Positions 27,916-37,567 of a DNA stretch of 64,000 bases are shown piece after piece. A program made the position numbers and the translations under genes. Positions within the stretch are counted from its first letter, which is position 1; the number at the start of each line of letters is the position of its first letter. This stretch comes from Acidimicrobiales bacterium (GTDB taxonomy: Bacteria; Actinomycetota; Acidimicrobiia; Acidimicrobiales; Acidimicrobilacustridaceae). The notes under the pieces are model-generated. The model had not been told where the DNA came from. It did not search any database and saw only the letters and a list, made by a program, of their open reading frames with translations. Where the stretch lies: the NCBI GenBank assembly GCA_041394105.1, contig JAWKIY010000010.1:12262-76261 (forward strand). The letters run 5' to 3'.

Positions 27916-27948
27916 GGGTGAACGGGAGGTGAACCGCAGGCGAACGGT
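27916..27948 (-). promoter_or_regulatory. PHO-box-like site: three tandem 11-nt direct repeats upstream of pstB
   Basis: The minus strand reads ACCGTTCGCCT GCGGTTCACCT CCCGTTCACCC, with the proximal end 74 nt upstream of the pstB ATG. The GTTCACC core matches the Streptomyces PhoP direct-repeat unit (from memory). Confidence 0.5.
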
Positions 27949-27981
27949 CCGTGGCCAGGGCGGCCGGTCCGCCTCGGTGGA

Positions 27982-29406
27982 TCAGGCGGCGCTCGTGGCG
28001 GCCGGCGGCGCGGTGGGCGGGGTGACCTCCGGCGGCTCGGCGTCGCTGTCGCGGGCGACCCCGGCCAACCCCAGCTCGACCAGGCCGACGATGGCCACGA
28101 TCACCAGGAACCAGAACCAGGTGGTGGGCAGGATCAGCAGCGCCAGCACGCCGACGGCCAGGACCCCGACCCGCACGCCGGTGATGTTGTCGGCGAACCA
28201 GCTGTGCTCGGCGGCCGCCTGTCCGGCGAGGCGCTCCGACGTCGAGCGCGCCGCACCGAACCCCAGCGCCACCTGGTGGCGCAGCCACACGGCCGGACGG
28301 CTCGGCCCGGTCAGGAACGCCAGGACCACGACGATGATCCCCAGCACGACGATCCAGGTGAGCAGGCCGCGCAGCGTGCCGGCGACCTCCTCGATGGTGG
28401 CCCGGATGGCGCCGCTCGTCGTGGGGTCGCGGATCTGGTCGATGAGCTGCTCGACGAGGTTGCGCACGATGGCTCGGGCGGCGGCGATGGTGACCACGGC
28501 GCCGAGGGCCAGCTCGAGCAGCGCCAACCGCCGGCTGCGCGCCAGGAAGATCGTGACGCCGGCGAGCACGACCGTCAGCGCCATCAGCAGGTTGACCAGC
28601 CGGGCGAACATCGTGAAGAACGACTGCGCCGCCGCGAGCCGGTCGCTCTGGAAGACCTCGATCACCCCGAAGTCGTCCGGCAGGTCGCGCCCGCGGTACG
28701 ACTCGAGCTCGGCTCGGGCCTGGTCCGGCGGCGTGTCGGGCCCGATGTCGGGGACCGGCTGGCCGTTGCCGATCAGGTCGGGCGCGACCCCCGCCACGAG
28801 CCCCAGCACCTTGCCCATCAGCGGCATGAGGTTGAGGTACACGACCCCGTCGACGACCGACACGCGCCCGGGCTCGCCCTCGAGCAGGCGGACGAGCTGC
28901 TCGTGGGTGAAGCGGTTCACCCCGATCCACAGCTCGTGGAAGTGGTCGGAGGTGATCACCCGGTAGCTGGCGTCCTGGACGATCCCCTCGAGGCCTTCGG
29001 TGATCGGCGCCGCCAGGATGCCGGCGCGCTCGGGCAGGACGTCCCGGATCCGGGTCTGGACGTCGAGCGCGCTCATCAGCTCGGTGGTGAGGCGCACCGA
29101 CAACGCCGTGGCCACCTCGGTGTTCTGCGGCAGGTCCCCGACCAGCTCGATCCAGTTGTCGGTGTCGTACACCGAGCTGCGCACCCAGTAGCCGACCACG
29201 CTGGCCAGCAACGAGATGCACGTGAGCACGACGAGCACACCGGTGAGCACCTGACGGGACCGACGGCGAAACGTGCTGTCGGTGCCGGCCTCGGCGAGCT
29301 GCGCCTGCAGGTCCGCGACCTGGTGCTTGAGCTCGTCGACCTCATCGCCCGGGGTGGCGTCACCCGCCGGTGCCGTGTCGTCCGCAGGGGCTGCGTCGTC
29401 GGCCAT
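27982..29406 (-). CDS. integral membrane protein (hypothetical), N-terminal coiled-coil-like segment
   Basis: ATG 29406 within track ORF 27982..29427. Several TM helices ([79 protein letters not shown]). No family recognised. Confidence 0.7.
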   Translation of the reverse strand: MADDAAPADDTAPAGDATPGDEVDELKHQVADLQAQLAEAGTDSTFRRRSRQVLTGVLVVLTCISLLASVVGYWVRSSVYDTDNWIELVGDLPQNTEVATALSVRLTTELMSALDVQTRIRDVLPERAGILAAPITEGLEGIVQDASYRVITSDHFHELWIGVNRFTHEQLVRLLEGEPGRVSVVDGVVYLNLMPLMGKVLGLVAGVAPDLIGNGQPVPDIGPDTPPDQARAELESYRGRDLPDDFGVIEVFQSDRLAAAQSFFTMFARLVNLLMALTVVLAGVTIFLARSRRLALLELALGAVVTIAAARAIVRNLVEQLIDQIRDPTTSGAIRATIEEVAGTLRGLLTWIVVLGIIVVVLAFLTGPSRPAVWLRHQVALGFGAARSTSERLAGQAAAEHSWFADNITGVRVGVLAVGVLALLILPTTWFWFLVIVAIVGLVELGLAGVARDSDAEPPEVTPPTAPPAATSAA

Positions 29407-29460
29407 CGGTGCTCCTCGCGTCCGCACGGCGCCCGCCGTGCCGTCAGTGCGGCTGCAAGG

Positions 29461-29937
29461 CTACGTGTGCTGGGCCCCGCGGCGGTTCCACCAGTCCAGG
29501 AAGGTGGCGAGCACGTCGCGGTCGCGCCGGTAGGTGAGCCGCTCGTGCGCGTCGGCGACACCCAACCAGATGATCTCGTCGACCTCGTCGTTGGGCATGA
29601 AGTCGGTCGACCGACCCGCCCGCGCGTGCTTGCCGTCGGGCACCATGGCCCAGTAGCGCACCTCCTTGGCGCGCCCCTGGTTGTCGACGTAGGCGATCGA
29701 GATCAGCTTGTCGAGCACCGTGCACGCCAGCCCGGTCTCTTCGTGCACCTCCCGCCAGGCGCCGTCGCGCCAGCGCTCCTCCGGCTCGAGCTTGCCCTTG
29801 GGGAAGGTCCAGTCGTCATAGCGCGGCCGGTGCACGAGCAGCAGCTCCGGTCGCCGCTCGGGCTTGGCCCGGAACACCACGCCTCCGGCGGCGCGCACCT
29901 CGGCGACGGCGGGCTCGGCCGGTGGGTCGGCGCTCAC
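29461..29937 (-). CDS. NUDIX hydrolase (MutT1-like position next to ppk)
   Basis: GTG 29937 overlaps the ppk stop (GTGA). Nudix box GKLEPEERWRDGAWREVHEETGL (GX5EX7REUXEEXGU). Confidence 0.85.
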   Translation of the reverse strand: MSADPPAEPAVAEVRAAGGVVFRAKPERRPELLLVHRPRYDDWTFPKGKLEPEERWRDGAWREVHEETGLACTVLDKLISIAYVDNQGRAKEVRYWAMVPDGKHARAGRSTDFMPNDEVDEIIWLGVADAHERLTYRRDRDVLATFLDWWNRRGAQHT

Positions 29938-32032
29938 CCGGCGGACCGCCGCCGCTGCAGCGCCAGCTCTTGCAGCCGGACGTGCGTGTCGATGCCCTCG
30001 ACCGTCGGGACCTGCGTCCACACGTCGTCGAGCAGCCGCCACGCCAGCACGTCGTCGTCGAGGTTGACCCGCAGGACCTCGGCCACCTCGTCGCGCAGCT
30101 CCGGGGCCTCGATGGGCACGAGCGCCTCGACCCGGCGGTCGAGGTTGCGCGGCATCAGGTCGGCCGACCCCATCAGGAAGACCGGCTCGCCGTCGGCGCC
30201 GTGGGCGAAGTGGTAGACGCGGGCGTGCTCGAGGAACCGCCCGATGATCGAGCGCACCCGGATGTGCTCGCTGAGCCCGGGCACCTCGGCGCGCAGGCAG
30301 CAGATGCTGCGCGGACGATGCAGTCGATCTGGACACCGGCGGCGGACGCCTCGTAGAGCACGTCGATGAGGTCGGGGTCGACCAGGCTGTTCATCTTCAG
30401 CACGATGCGACCCTCGGTGCCGTGGCGCATCTCGTTGCGCACGAGCTCGACGAGCCCCGGGCGGATGTCGCGCGGCGCCACGAGCAGCTTGTCGTAGACG
30501 GTGTCGCGGGCGTACCCGGTCAAGAAGTTGAACAGCTGGGTCAGGTCCTCGCCGATGCTGCGATCGGCGGTGAGCAGCCCGAGGTCCTCGTACAGGCGAG
30601 CCGTGCGGGGGTTGTAGTTGCCGGTGCCGATGTGGCAGTAGCGGCGCACGCCGTCGGTCTCGTCCCGCACGACGAGCGTCGTCTTGGTGTGGGTCTTGAG
30701 CCCCACCAGGCCGTACACGACGTGCACCCCGGCGTTCTCCAGCTCGCGGGCCCACTCGATGTTGCGCTGCTCGTCGAAGCGGGCCTTGAGCTCGACCAGC
30801 GCCACCACCTGCTTGCCGCGCTCGGCGGCGCGGATGAGCGACTCGATGATCGAGGAGTCCCGCGTCGTGCGGTACAGGGTGAGCTTGATCGCCAGGACCT
30901 TCGGGTCGATCGACGCCTGGCGGATGAAGGCCTCGACCGAGGTCGTGAACGAGTCGTACGGGTGGTGCACCAGCAGATCGCCCTGGCGCAGCTCGCGGAA
31001 GAAGTCGATCGACTGGTCGTCCTCGGCGGTCGCCAGCCGGGACCGCGTGACCGGCACCCACACCGGGTCCGCCAGATCGGGCTTGTCGAGGGCGTGCACC
31101 GACCACAGGCCCGAGAGGTCGAGCGGGCCGGCGAGGGTGTAGACGGCGTCGTCGTCGATGTCGAGCTCGCGCACCAGCAGATCTCGGATCTCGTCCGTCA
31201 TGGTGTCGTCGATCTCGAGCCGCACGGCGCGGCCGAACCGACGGCGGCGCAGCTCCAGCTCGACGGCGGCGAGCAGGTCGTCGGCCTCCTCCTCCTCGAG
31301 CGTGAGGTCGGCGTTGCGGGTGACGCGGAACGGGAAGTGCCCCTCGATCTCCATGCCGGGGAAGAGCCGATCGAGGTGGAAGGCGATGACCTGCTCCAGC
31401 GGGATGAAGCGCTCGCCGTCGGGCATCACGACGAAGCGGCTGAGCACCGGGGGCACCTTGACGCGGGCGAACCGGCGGGTCCCGTCGGTGGGGTCGACCA
31501 CGATCACCGCCAGGTTCAGCGACAGGTCCGAGATGTACGGGAACGGGTGGCCCGGATCGACGGCGAGCGGCGTGAGCACCGGGAAGACCCGGTCCTCGAA
31601 GACCTGATCCAGGTAGACGTAGTCGTCCTCGTCGGCGTCGGCGTAGTCGGAGAACACGATGCCGTGCTCGGCCAGCCCGGGCACGACGACCTTGGTGAAC
31701 AGCTCCTCCTGCCGGGCGAGCAGCTCGGTCACGCGGGCCCGGACCTCGGTGAGCTGCTGGCTGGGGGTGCGGCCGTCAGGCGTCGTCGCCGAGATGCCGG
31801 CGAACACCTGGTCCATCAGGCCCGCCACCCGCACCTGGAAGAACTCGTCGAGGTTCGACGAGAAGATGGCGAGGAACTTGGCACGCTCCAGCCATGGGGT
31901 GTCGTCACGATCGGCGCTGGCGAGGACCCGTTCGTTGAAGTCCAGCCAGCTCAGCTCGCGGTTGACGAAGCGGGCCGGGTCGGCGGCCAACTCCGTGCGG
32001 GCGGAGGCCGCCTCGCGTGCGTCGAGGTCCAT
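29934..32032 (-). pseudogene. ppk: polyphosphate kinase 1, one frame break near 30305-30312
   Basis: The N-terminal 90% is in track ORF 30173..32032 (FVNRELSWLDFNERVL, GLKTHTKTTLV, VQIDCIVR). The C-terminus is in track ORF 29934..31106 (ICCLRAEVPGLSEHIRVRSIIGRFLEHARVY...). The junction reads CGC GCA GC ATC TGC, so one base is apparently missing. Confidence 0.85.
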
Positions 32033-32096
32033 TCGGGTCAGGCTAGCGAGGCGCCTCGATGCCGGGCAGAGGCGAACGGCCCGGCGCGACCGTCGC

Positions 32097-32410
32097 TCAG
32101 GACTCGCTCGGCGCGGCCTCTGCGGCGGCCGCGGCCGGGACGACCTCGTCGTCCTCGGGGATGCCCAGGTCCCACTCGAGGATCAGGTGCTCGCGCTCGG
32201 CGTCTCGCACGACCCGCTCACGGTTGCGGCGGAACTGCGGATCGTGCGCCGGCAGCAGCAGGAGGCGTGCCATGACCCGGTCGCGGAACCCGTCGATGAC
32301 GTCGCGGTCGCCGGAGATGCCCCGCACCTCCCAATGGGGGCGACAGGCCCCAGGTAGATCACCCGGACGTGGCCCTTGGGCGGCTCGATCGGCTCGTCGG
32401 TCATGGTCAT
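32097..32410 (-). pseudogene. small conserved hypothetical protein (about 104 aa), one frame break at G/C run 32336-32340
   Basis: MTMTDEPIEPPKGHVRVIYLGPVAP (ORF 32183..32410) continues as HWEVRGISGDRDVIDGFRDRVMARLLLLPAHDPQFRRNRERVV... (ORF 32097..32327) if one C is added to the run. No family name recalled. Confidence 0.55.
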
Positions 32411-32440
32411 CGTGACAGCGTACCCCTGCGACCCGGGCGC

Positions 32441-33992
32441 TCAGCCACCCGGCTCGGTGGTGCTGGTCGACGATTGCAGGTCCCGGCGGGACCCGACCGT
32501 GGCCTCCAGGTCGAGGCGCTCGCCCCGGCGTTCGACGGTGATCGTGATCGTGTCGCCGGGCTGGTGCTCGCGGATGGCGGCCACGACGTCGGAGCTGGTG
32601 GCGGTGGACTCGTCGTCCACGGCCACGATGACGTCGCCGACACGCAGGTCCGCCGCCTCGGCCGGGCTGCCGTCCTGGACCTCCTGCACGAAGGCACCGG
32701 TCGTGGCGTCGACGGAGTACTCCTCGAGCGTGGCACCCGAGGTGTCGGCCACCGACGTCGACGACACGCCGAGGAACGCCGTGTCGAGCGTGATGGTGGC
32801 CTTGCCGTCGCGGATGTCGTCGATCAGCGGACGGATCTTGTCGATCGGGATGGCGAAGCCGATGTTCTGGGCGTCCGAGATGATGGCGGTGTTGATGCCG
32901 ACCACCTCGCCGGCGGCGTTGAGCAGCGGTCCGCCCGAGTTGCCGGGGTTGATGGCGGCGTCGGTCTGCAACAGGTTGCGCAGCGTCAGGTTCGGGCCTG
33001 GATGGTGCGGTCCTTGGCCGACAGGATCCCCGTCGTCACCGTCGGCCGGCCACCGAGGTTCAGGGCGTTGCCGATCGCCACCACGGCCTCGCCCACCGCG
33101 AGGTCGTCCGACGATCCCAGGGTGGCGGCGCGCAGATCGGAGGGCGGGTCCACGATCTGCACCAGCGCCACGTCGTCGTCGGGCATGGAGCCGACGAGCT
33201 CCGCCTGCACCTCGGTGCCGTCCGCCAGCGTCAAGGTGATGCCGCCGGTGGCGTTCACCACGTGGGCGTTGGTGAGCACGAGGCCGTCGTCGGAGATGAT
33301 CACGCCCGTCCCGGCACCGCCGAACAGCGCCGACGGATCGCCCTCACCGGTGTGCACCGACACCACGGACGCCTCGGTCTCGTCGAGGATGCCGGCGACG
33401 TCGGGCACGGCCCCGGGCGCGGCGCTCGCCGCCGGTTGCGACGACCGGGGACTGCCGGCCGCCACGAAGACGAGCGAGGTGACCAACGCCGCCACGACCG
33501 CCGACACCAGCCCGACCAGCACGGCGAGTCGGGCGCCGGTGAGCGGCGGACGGCCGGCGGCGGGCGGCACCGGATCCGGCCAGGCCTGCGGCGGGGTGGC
33601 CGGCGGCGGGCCGAACGCCGCGGGACCGGGGAACATCCCCGTCGGCGGGGCGACCGGCGGCGGACCGGCGGCGGGCCGGCAGGGGCGCCGTAGGGGGCAG
33701 GGCCGGGCGGCGTCGCCGGCGCCTGCCACGGGTCGACCGGACGCCACGTGTCGGTCCGGCGCCACGGGTCGGCGGCCGGGACCGACGGCGGTGCCCACGG
33801 GTCGCCCGGTGCCGGAGCGCCCGGCGGCGGAGCGGCCGGCGTGGCGGGTGGCGCACCGAACGCGGGACGGGCCCCGAGGTCCGTCGGCGACGGCGCCGCA
33901 GGGGCGTCGGCACCTCCGGCCGTCGATTCGGTGGGCGTCCCCGGCGCGGCGGGAGCGGTCGGTTCGTTCGGTTCGTCCACGCGGGCATCCAC
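32441..33992 (-). pseudogene. htrA: HtrA/DegP-family serine protease with PDZ domain; frame broken by an 11-bp tandem duplication (33652-33673) and a 1-nt indel (near 32994-32996)
   Basis: The Pro-rich N-terminus is in the frame of ORF 33300..33992. The TM and protease core are in the frame of ORF 32986..33798 ([18 protein letters not shown]). The C-terminal part is in ORF 32441..32971 ([47 protein letters not shown]). The H-D-S triad is intact. Confidence 0.8.
33652..33673. repeat. perfect 11-bp tandem duplication gaccggcggcg x2 inside htrA
   Basis: Read directly: 33652-33662 is identical to 33663-33673. Removing one copy joins ..PAGPPPV to APPTGMFPGP.. in frame. Confidence 0.9.
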
Positions 33993-34177
33993 CAGCTCAG
34001 GTCGGGAGGTCGGGAGAATGGTACCGATCGACTAGGCCGATCCGGACCGCACCGGATACCGTGGTCGCATCCCTGACCCCCCTCCGGCACCTCGGCGCCG
34101 GAGCAGGAACTTCCGCTGCGCTGGGAACCGACGCACCCCTCGGTTCGTAGAAACCGAGGAACCCAGACGGAGGACCA

Positions 34178-34423
34178 ATGGACGACACCGAGTGGATGGC
34201 AAAGGGCAACTGCCGTTTCGAGCCGCCCGCGACGTTTTTCCCGAGCGATGGCGTTGGCGTGGAGATCGCCAAGCGCATCTGCGAGACGTGCCCGGTCAAG
34301 GCGCAGTGCCTCGAGCACGCGCTGGTGAACCGCATCGATCACGGCGTGTGGGGTGGCACCTCCGAGCGCCAGCGGCGTCGGATCCTCAAGTCCCGTCGGG
34401 TCTCGGTCGGCGCCGGTCGCTGA
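34178..34423 (+). CDS. WhiB family transcriptional regulator
   Basis: 81-aa ORF with RBS GGAGG. Four Cys (GNC.., CETCPVKAQC) and the GVWGG turn followed by a basic tail. Confidence 0.9.
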   Translation: MDDTEWMAKGNCRFEPPATFFPSDGVGVEIAKRICETCPVKAQCLEHALVNRIDHGVWGGTSERQRRRILKSRRVSVGAGR

Positions 34424-34468
34424 CCGGCTCGACCGCCGCACCCGGCGACCGCTCGGTGCGGCTCGCCC

Positions 34469-35362
34469 TCAGCGCGTCTTGACCGAGTAGCGGCTCGAGA
34501 TGAACCGCGCCAGGACGGTGAGCAGGAACACGATCGCCACCAGCGTGAAGGCGGCGCCGAGGGCCCGCTCCTGCGCCCCGGCGAACGGCGTCTGGGCGTT
34601 GGCGAAGATCTGCGCCGACAGCGCCGTGTTGGCGCCGCTGAAGACGTTCCAGTTGACCTTGGAGGTCACGCCGACGCAGAACAGCAGCGGCGCCGTCTCG
34701 CCGGCGGCGCGGGCGACGGCGAGCATCGCCCCGCTGGTGATGCCGGCCATCGCCGCGGGGAGCACCACGGTGACGATCGTGCGCCACTTCGAGTTGCCCA
34801 GGGCGTAGCTGGCCTCCCGGAGCTCGTTCGGCACCAGCCGCAGCATCTCCTCGGTCGATCGGATGACGATCGGCAGCATCAACGCCGCCAGCGCCAGCGC
34901 CCCGGCGAAGCCGGACAGCCCGAACACCAGCACCCAGGTGGCGTAGATGAACAGGCCCATGACGATCGACGGCACCCCGCTCATCACGTCGGCCATGAAG
35001 CGGGTGACGGCGGCGAGCTTGCCCTTCGCCCCGTACTCGTGCAGGTAGATGGCCCCGAGGATGCCCGTCGGGATGGCCATGACGGCTGCCGTGAGCGTGA
35101 TGATCAGGGTGCCGACGACGGCGGGACCCATGCCGCCGCCCGTGCGACGGGGTGACGCCGGGATGTCCTCGGTGAGGAACGACAGGTTGAACACGGCGAT
35201 GCCCTTGGACACCAGGTAGTAGATGACGGCGCCGAGCGGGATCAGGGCCACCAGCAGGGCGCCCCACATCCACACCGTGGCTGCGACGTTGCGCAGGCGC
35301 CGTCCCGGCCGGACCGTCGACTGCAGCAGGACCGCTCCCGGGGCGGCCATCGTGTCGGTCAT
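34469..35362 (-). CDS. pstA: phosphate ABC transporter permease PstA
   Basis: Intact 297-aa ORF with 6 TM helices and the EAA-like loop LREASYALGNSKWRTIVTVVLP. Overlaps pstC by 4 nt. Confidence 0.9.
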   Translation of the reverse strand: MTDTMAAPGAVLLQSTVRPGRRLRNVAATVWMWGALLVALIPLGAVIYYLVSKGIAVFNLSFLTEDIPASPRRTGGGMGPAVVGTLIITLTAAVMAIPTGILGAIYLHEYGAKGKLAAVTRFMADVMSGVPSIVMGLFIYATWVLVFGLSGFAGALALAALMLPIVIRSTEEMLRLVPNELREASYALGNSKWRTIVTVVLPAAMAGITSGAMLAVARAAGETAPLLFCVGVTSKVNWNVFSGANTALSAQIFANAQTPFAGAQERALGAAFTLVAIVFLLTVLARFISSRYSVKTR

Positions 35363-36366
35363 CCTCGGCCTCCGTGCCGACGGTCGAAGCGGGCGACGAT
35401 GGCCCGCGCCGACATGTTCACGACGATGGTGACGGCGAACAGCACGACACCGAGCCCGATCAGGGCCGCTCGATGCAACGAGCCGGCCTCGCCGAACTGG
35501 TTGGCGATCACGGCGGGCATGGAGTCGCCCGGGCTGAACAGCTCGAGCGTGATCTGCGCGCTGGCGCCGATGACCAGCGCTGCGGCGATCGTCTCGCCCA
35601 TGGCCCGGCCGAGGCCGAGCATCACCGAACCGGTGATGCCGCCGCGCGCCCAGGGCAGGACGGCGGAGCGGATCATCTCCCAGCGCGTCGAGCCCAGCGC
35701 CACCGCCGCCTCGCGCTGGTGGTTGGGCACGGTGTTGATGACCTCACGGCTCAACGCCGTGATGATCGGGATGATCATGATCGCCAGGATCAGCCCGGCG
35801 GTCATGAAGCTCTTGCCCTGCGGGTTCCCGCCGAACACGGCGCCGAGCACCGGCCACTCGCCCACGGCACTGTTGATCGTGTCGTAGCGCTCCTGGATCC
35901 ACGGTGCGAACACCAGCACGCCCCACAGGCCGTACACGACCGACGGGATGGCCGCCAGCAGGTCGATCGTGTAGGCGATGGGTTGCCGCAGCCGCAGGGG
36001 CGCCGCCTCGTTGGCCAGCAGGGCGATGCCGAGGCTGACCGGCACGGCGATGACCAGCGCGATCAGGGAGCTGATCACGGTGCCGTAGATGAAGGCCAGG
36101 GCACCGAACTGCTCGTTCGACGGCGACCAGGTGCTCGAGGTGACGAAGCCGACCCCCTCGTGCTGGAACGCCGGCATGGCCTGGCGGGTCGTCGAGACGG
36201 CGATGAAGGCCAGCACGGCCAGGACGAGCAAGCCCGCCCCGGCCGTGATGGCTTTGAAGATGACGTCGCCGCGTCCGGCGCCCTTGCTGCGCAGGACGCC
36301 GCCGTCGGCCGGCTCGGCCGAACCGAGTCCGGCGGCGACGGCGAGGTCTGCAGGTGAGACGGTCAC
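35359..36366 (-). CDS. pstC: phosphate ABC transporter permease PstC
   Basis: Intact 335-aa ORF with the loop QREAAVALGSTRWEMIRSAVLP. Directly downstream of pstS. Confidence 0.9.
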   Translation of the reverse strand: MTVSPADLAVAAGLGSAEPADGGVLRSKGAGRGDVIFKAITAGAGLLVLAVLAFIAVSTTRQAMPAFQHEGVGFVTSSTWSPSNEQFGALAFIYGTVISSLIALVIAVPVSLGIALLANEAAPLRLRQPIAYTIDLLAAIPSVVYGLWGVLVFAPWIQERYDTINSAVGEWPVLGAVFGGNPQGKSFMTAGLILAIMIIPIITALSREVINTVPNHQREAAVALGSTRWEMIRSAVLPWARGGITGSVMLGLGRAMGETIAAALVIGASAQITLELFSPGDSMPAVIANQFGEAGSLHRAALIGLGVVLFAVTIVVNMSARAIVARFDRRHGGRG

Positions 36367-36381
36367 GACGGCGATTCTGCC

Positions 36382-37485
36382 TCAGCCGACCTTGAGCTCG
36401 TCCAGCTGGGCCATCGCCTTGGACTGCAGGTCCGACGGCAGCGGGGCGAAGTCGACCTCGGGGGCCAGCGTCTGCCCGTCGGTCAGCAGGTACGTGAGCC
36501 AGCCGGTGATGTTGTCGAGCTGGGTCTGGTCCGGCTGGGAGACGTACACGAGGACGTACGTCGGCGCCGTGATCGGGTAGGTGTCGGCACCGCCGGCGTT
36601 GAGCGGGTTGTAGGTGAGGTCGTCCTTCACCTCGGCGCCCTCGACCGCAGCGGTCGCGCCCTCGAGGGAGGCCTCGACGTAGTTGCCGTCCTTGTTCTTG
36701 ATGGCGGCGAAGGTCAGGCCCGTGGCGACGGCGTCGGAGAAGTCGACGTAGCCGATGGCGCCGTCGGTGTCCTTGACGATCTGCGCCACACCGGCGTTGC
36801 CGTTGCCCGCCTGGCTGTCGGCCGGCCACTCGACGGTGTCACCGGCGCCGAGCGTCCAGACCTCGGAGGCGGCGTCGAGGTACTTGGTGAAGTTGCTGGT
36901 CGTGCCCGAGCCGTCGGAGCGGTGGGCGATGACCACCGGCGTGTCCGGCAGGGTCACCCCCGGGTTGTCCTCGGCGATCTCGGAAGCGTTCCAGGTGGTG
37001 ATGTCACCCTGCATCAGACCGGCGAGCGTGTCGGGGCTCAGCTGCAGGTTCTCGACGTCGCCGAGGTTGTACGAGACCGTGATCGGCGCCGCCACCGTCG
37101 GGAAGTACAGGAACTCGCCGCCCTTGAAGGTGGGGATGTCCTCCTCCTTGACGAGGCTGTCGGATCCGGCCCACTGCACGACCTCGTTGGCGAGGTCCTG
37201 CTTGCCCTTGCCGGAGCCGCCGCCGGAGTACTCGACCTGCAGGTCGGGGGCCACGGTGGCGAACTCGGCCCGGGCCTCGTCGTAGAAGGCCTTGGGGAAG
37301 GTCGCTCCCCAACCCTGCAGCGAGCCCGACAGGGAGGCGAAGTCCATGTCCGAGCTCATCGACGAGCCGCCGGTGGATCCACCGGTGCTGCTCGTGTCGC
37401 TGCTGCTGCTGCACGAGGCGCCGATGAGGCTGATCGGGACCGCGAGTGCCAGGGCGGCGCCCAGGCTGCGGGTGGTTGCACGCAC
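36382..37485 (-). CDS. pstS: phosphate ABC transporter substrate-binding lipoprotein PstS
   Basis: GTG 37485 with AAGGAG 6 nt upstream (within track ORF 36382..37596). Lipobox LIGASC and PstS-like motifs YSGGGSGKGKQD, AHRSDGSGTT. Confidence 0.9.
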   Translation of the reverse strand: MRATTRSLGAALALAVPISLIGASCSSSSDTSSTGGSTGGSSMSSDMDFASLSGSLQGWGATFPKAFYDEARAEFATVAPDLQVEYSGGGSGKGKQDLANEVVQWAGSDSLVKEEDIPTFKGGEFLYFPTVAAPITVSYNLGDVENLQLSPDTLAGLMQGDITTWNASEIAEDNPGVTLPDTPVVIAHRSDGSGTTSNFTKYLDAASEVWTLGAGDTVEWPADSQAGNGNAGVAQIVKDTDGAIGYVDFSDAVATGLTFAAIKNKDGNYVEASLEGATAAVEGAEVKDDLTYNPLNAGGADTYPITAPTYVLVYVSQPDQTQLDNITGWLTYLLTDGQTLAPEVDFAPLPSDLQSKAMAQLDELKVG

Positions 37486-37567
37486 GTTGCTCTCCTTGGC
37501 GTTTGGTCTGCGGTCGTTCGACCGCGCCCGCAAGCTAGGGAGGCGAGGTGGAGCCGAGGCTGTCACG

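Noticed and set aside
32069-32090. Possible PHO-box half-site aggcgaacggc (identical to the weakest unit of the pstB site) 37-47 nt upstream of ppk.
   Set aside because: Only a single unit is present. The adjacent 11 nt (ccggcgcgacc) is a poor match, and ppk may be co-transcribed with the upstream ORF. This is too weak to call.
34105-34109. GGAAC motif in the whiB-like leader, considered as a second ECF promoter.
   Set aside because: No CGTT or GTT element lies at a 16-18 nt spacing; the nearest GTT is about 31 nt away.
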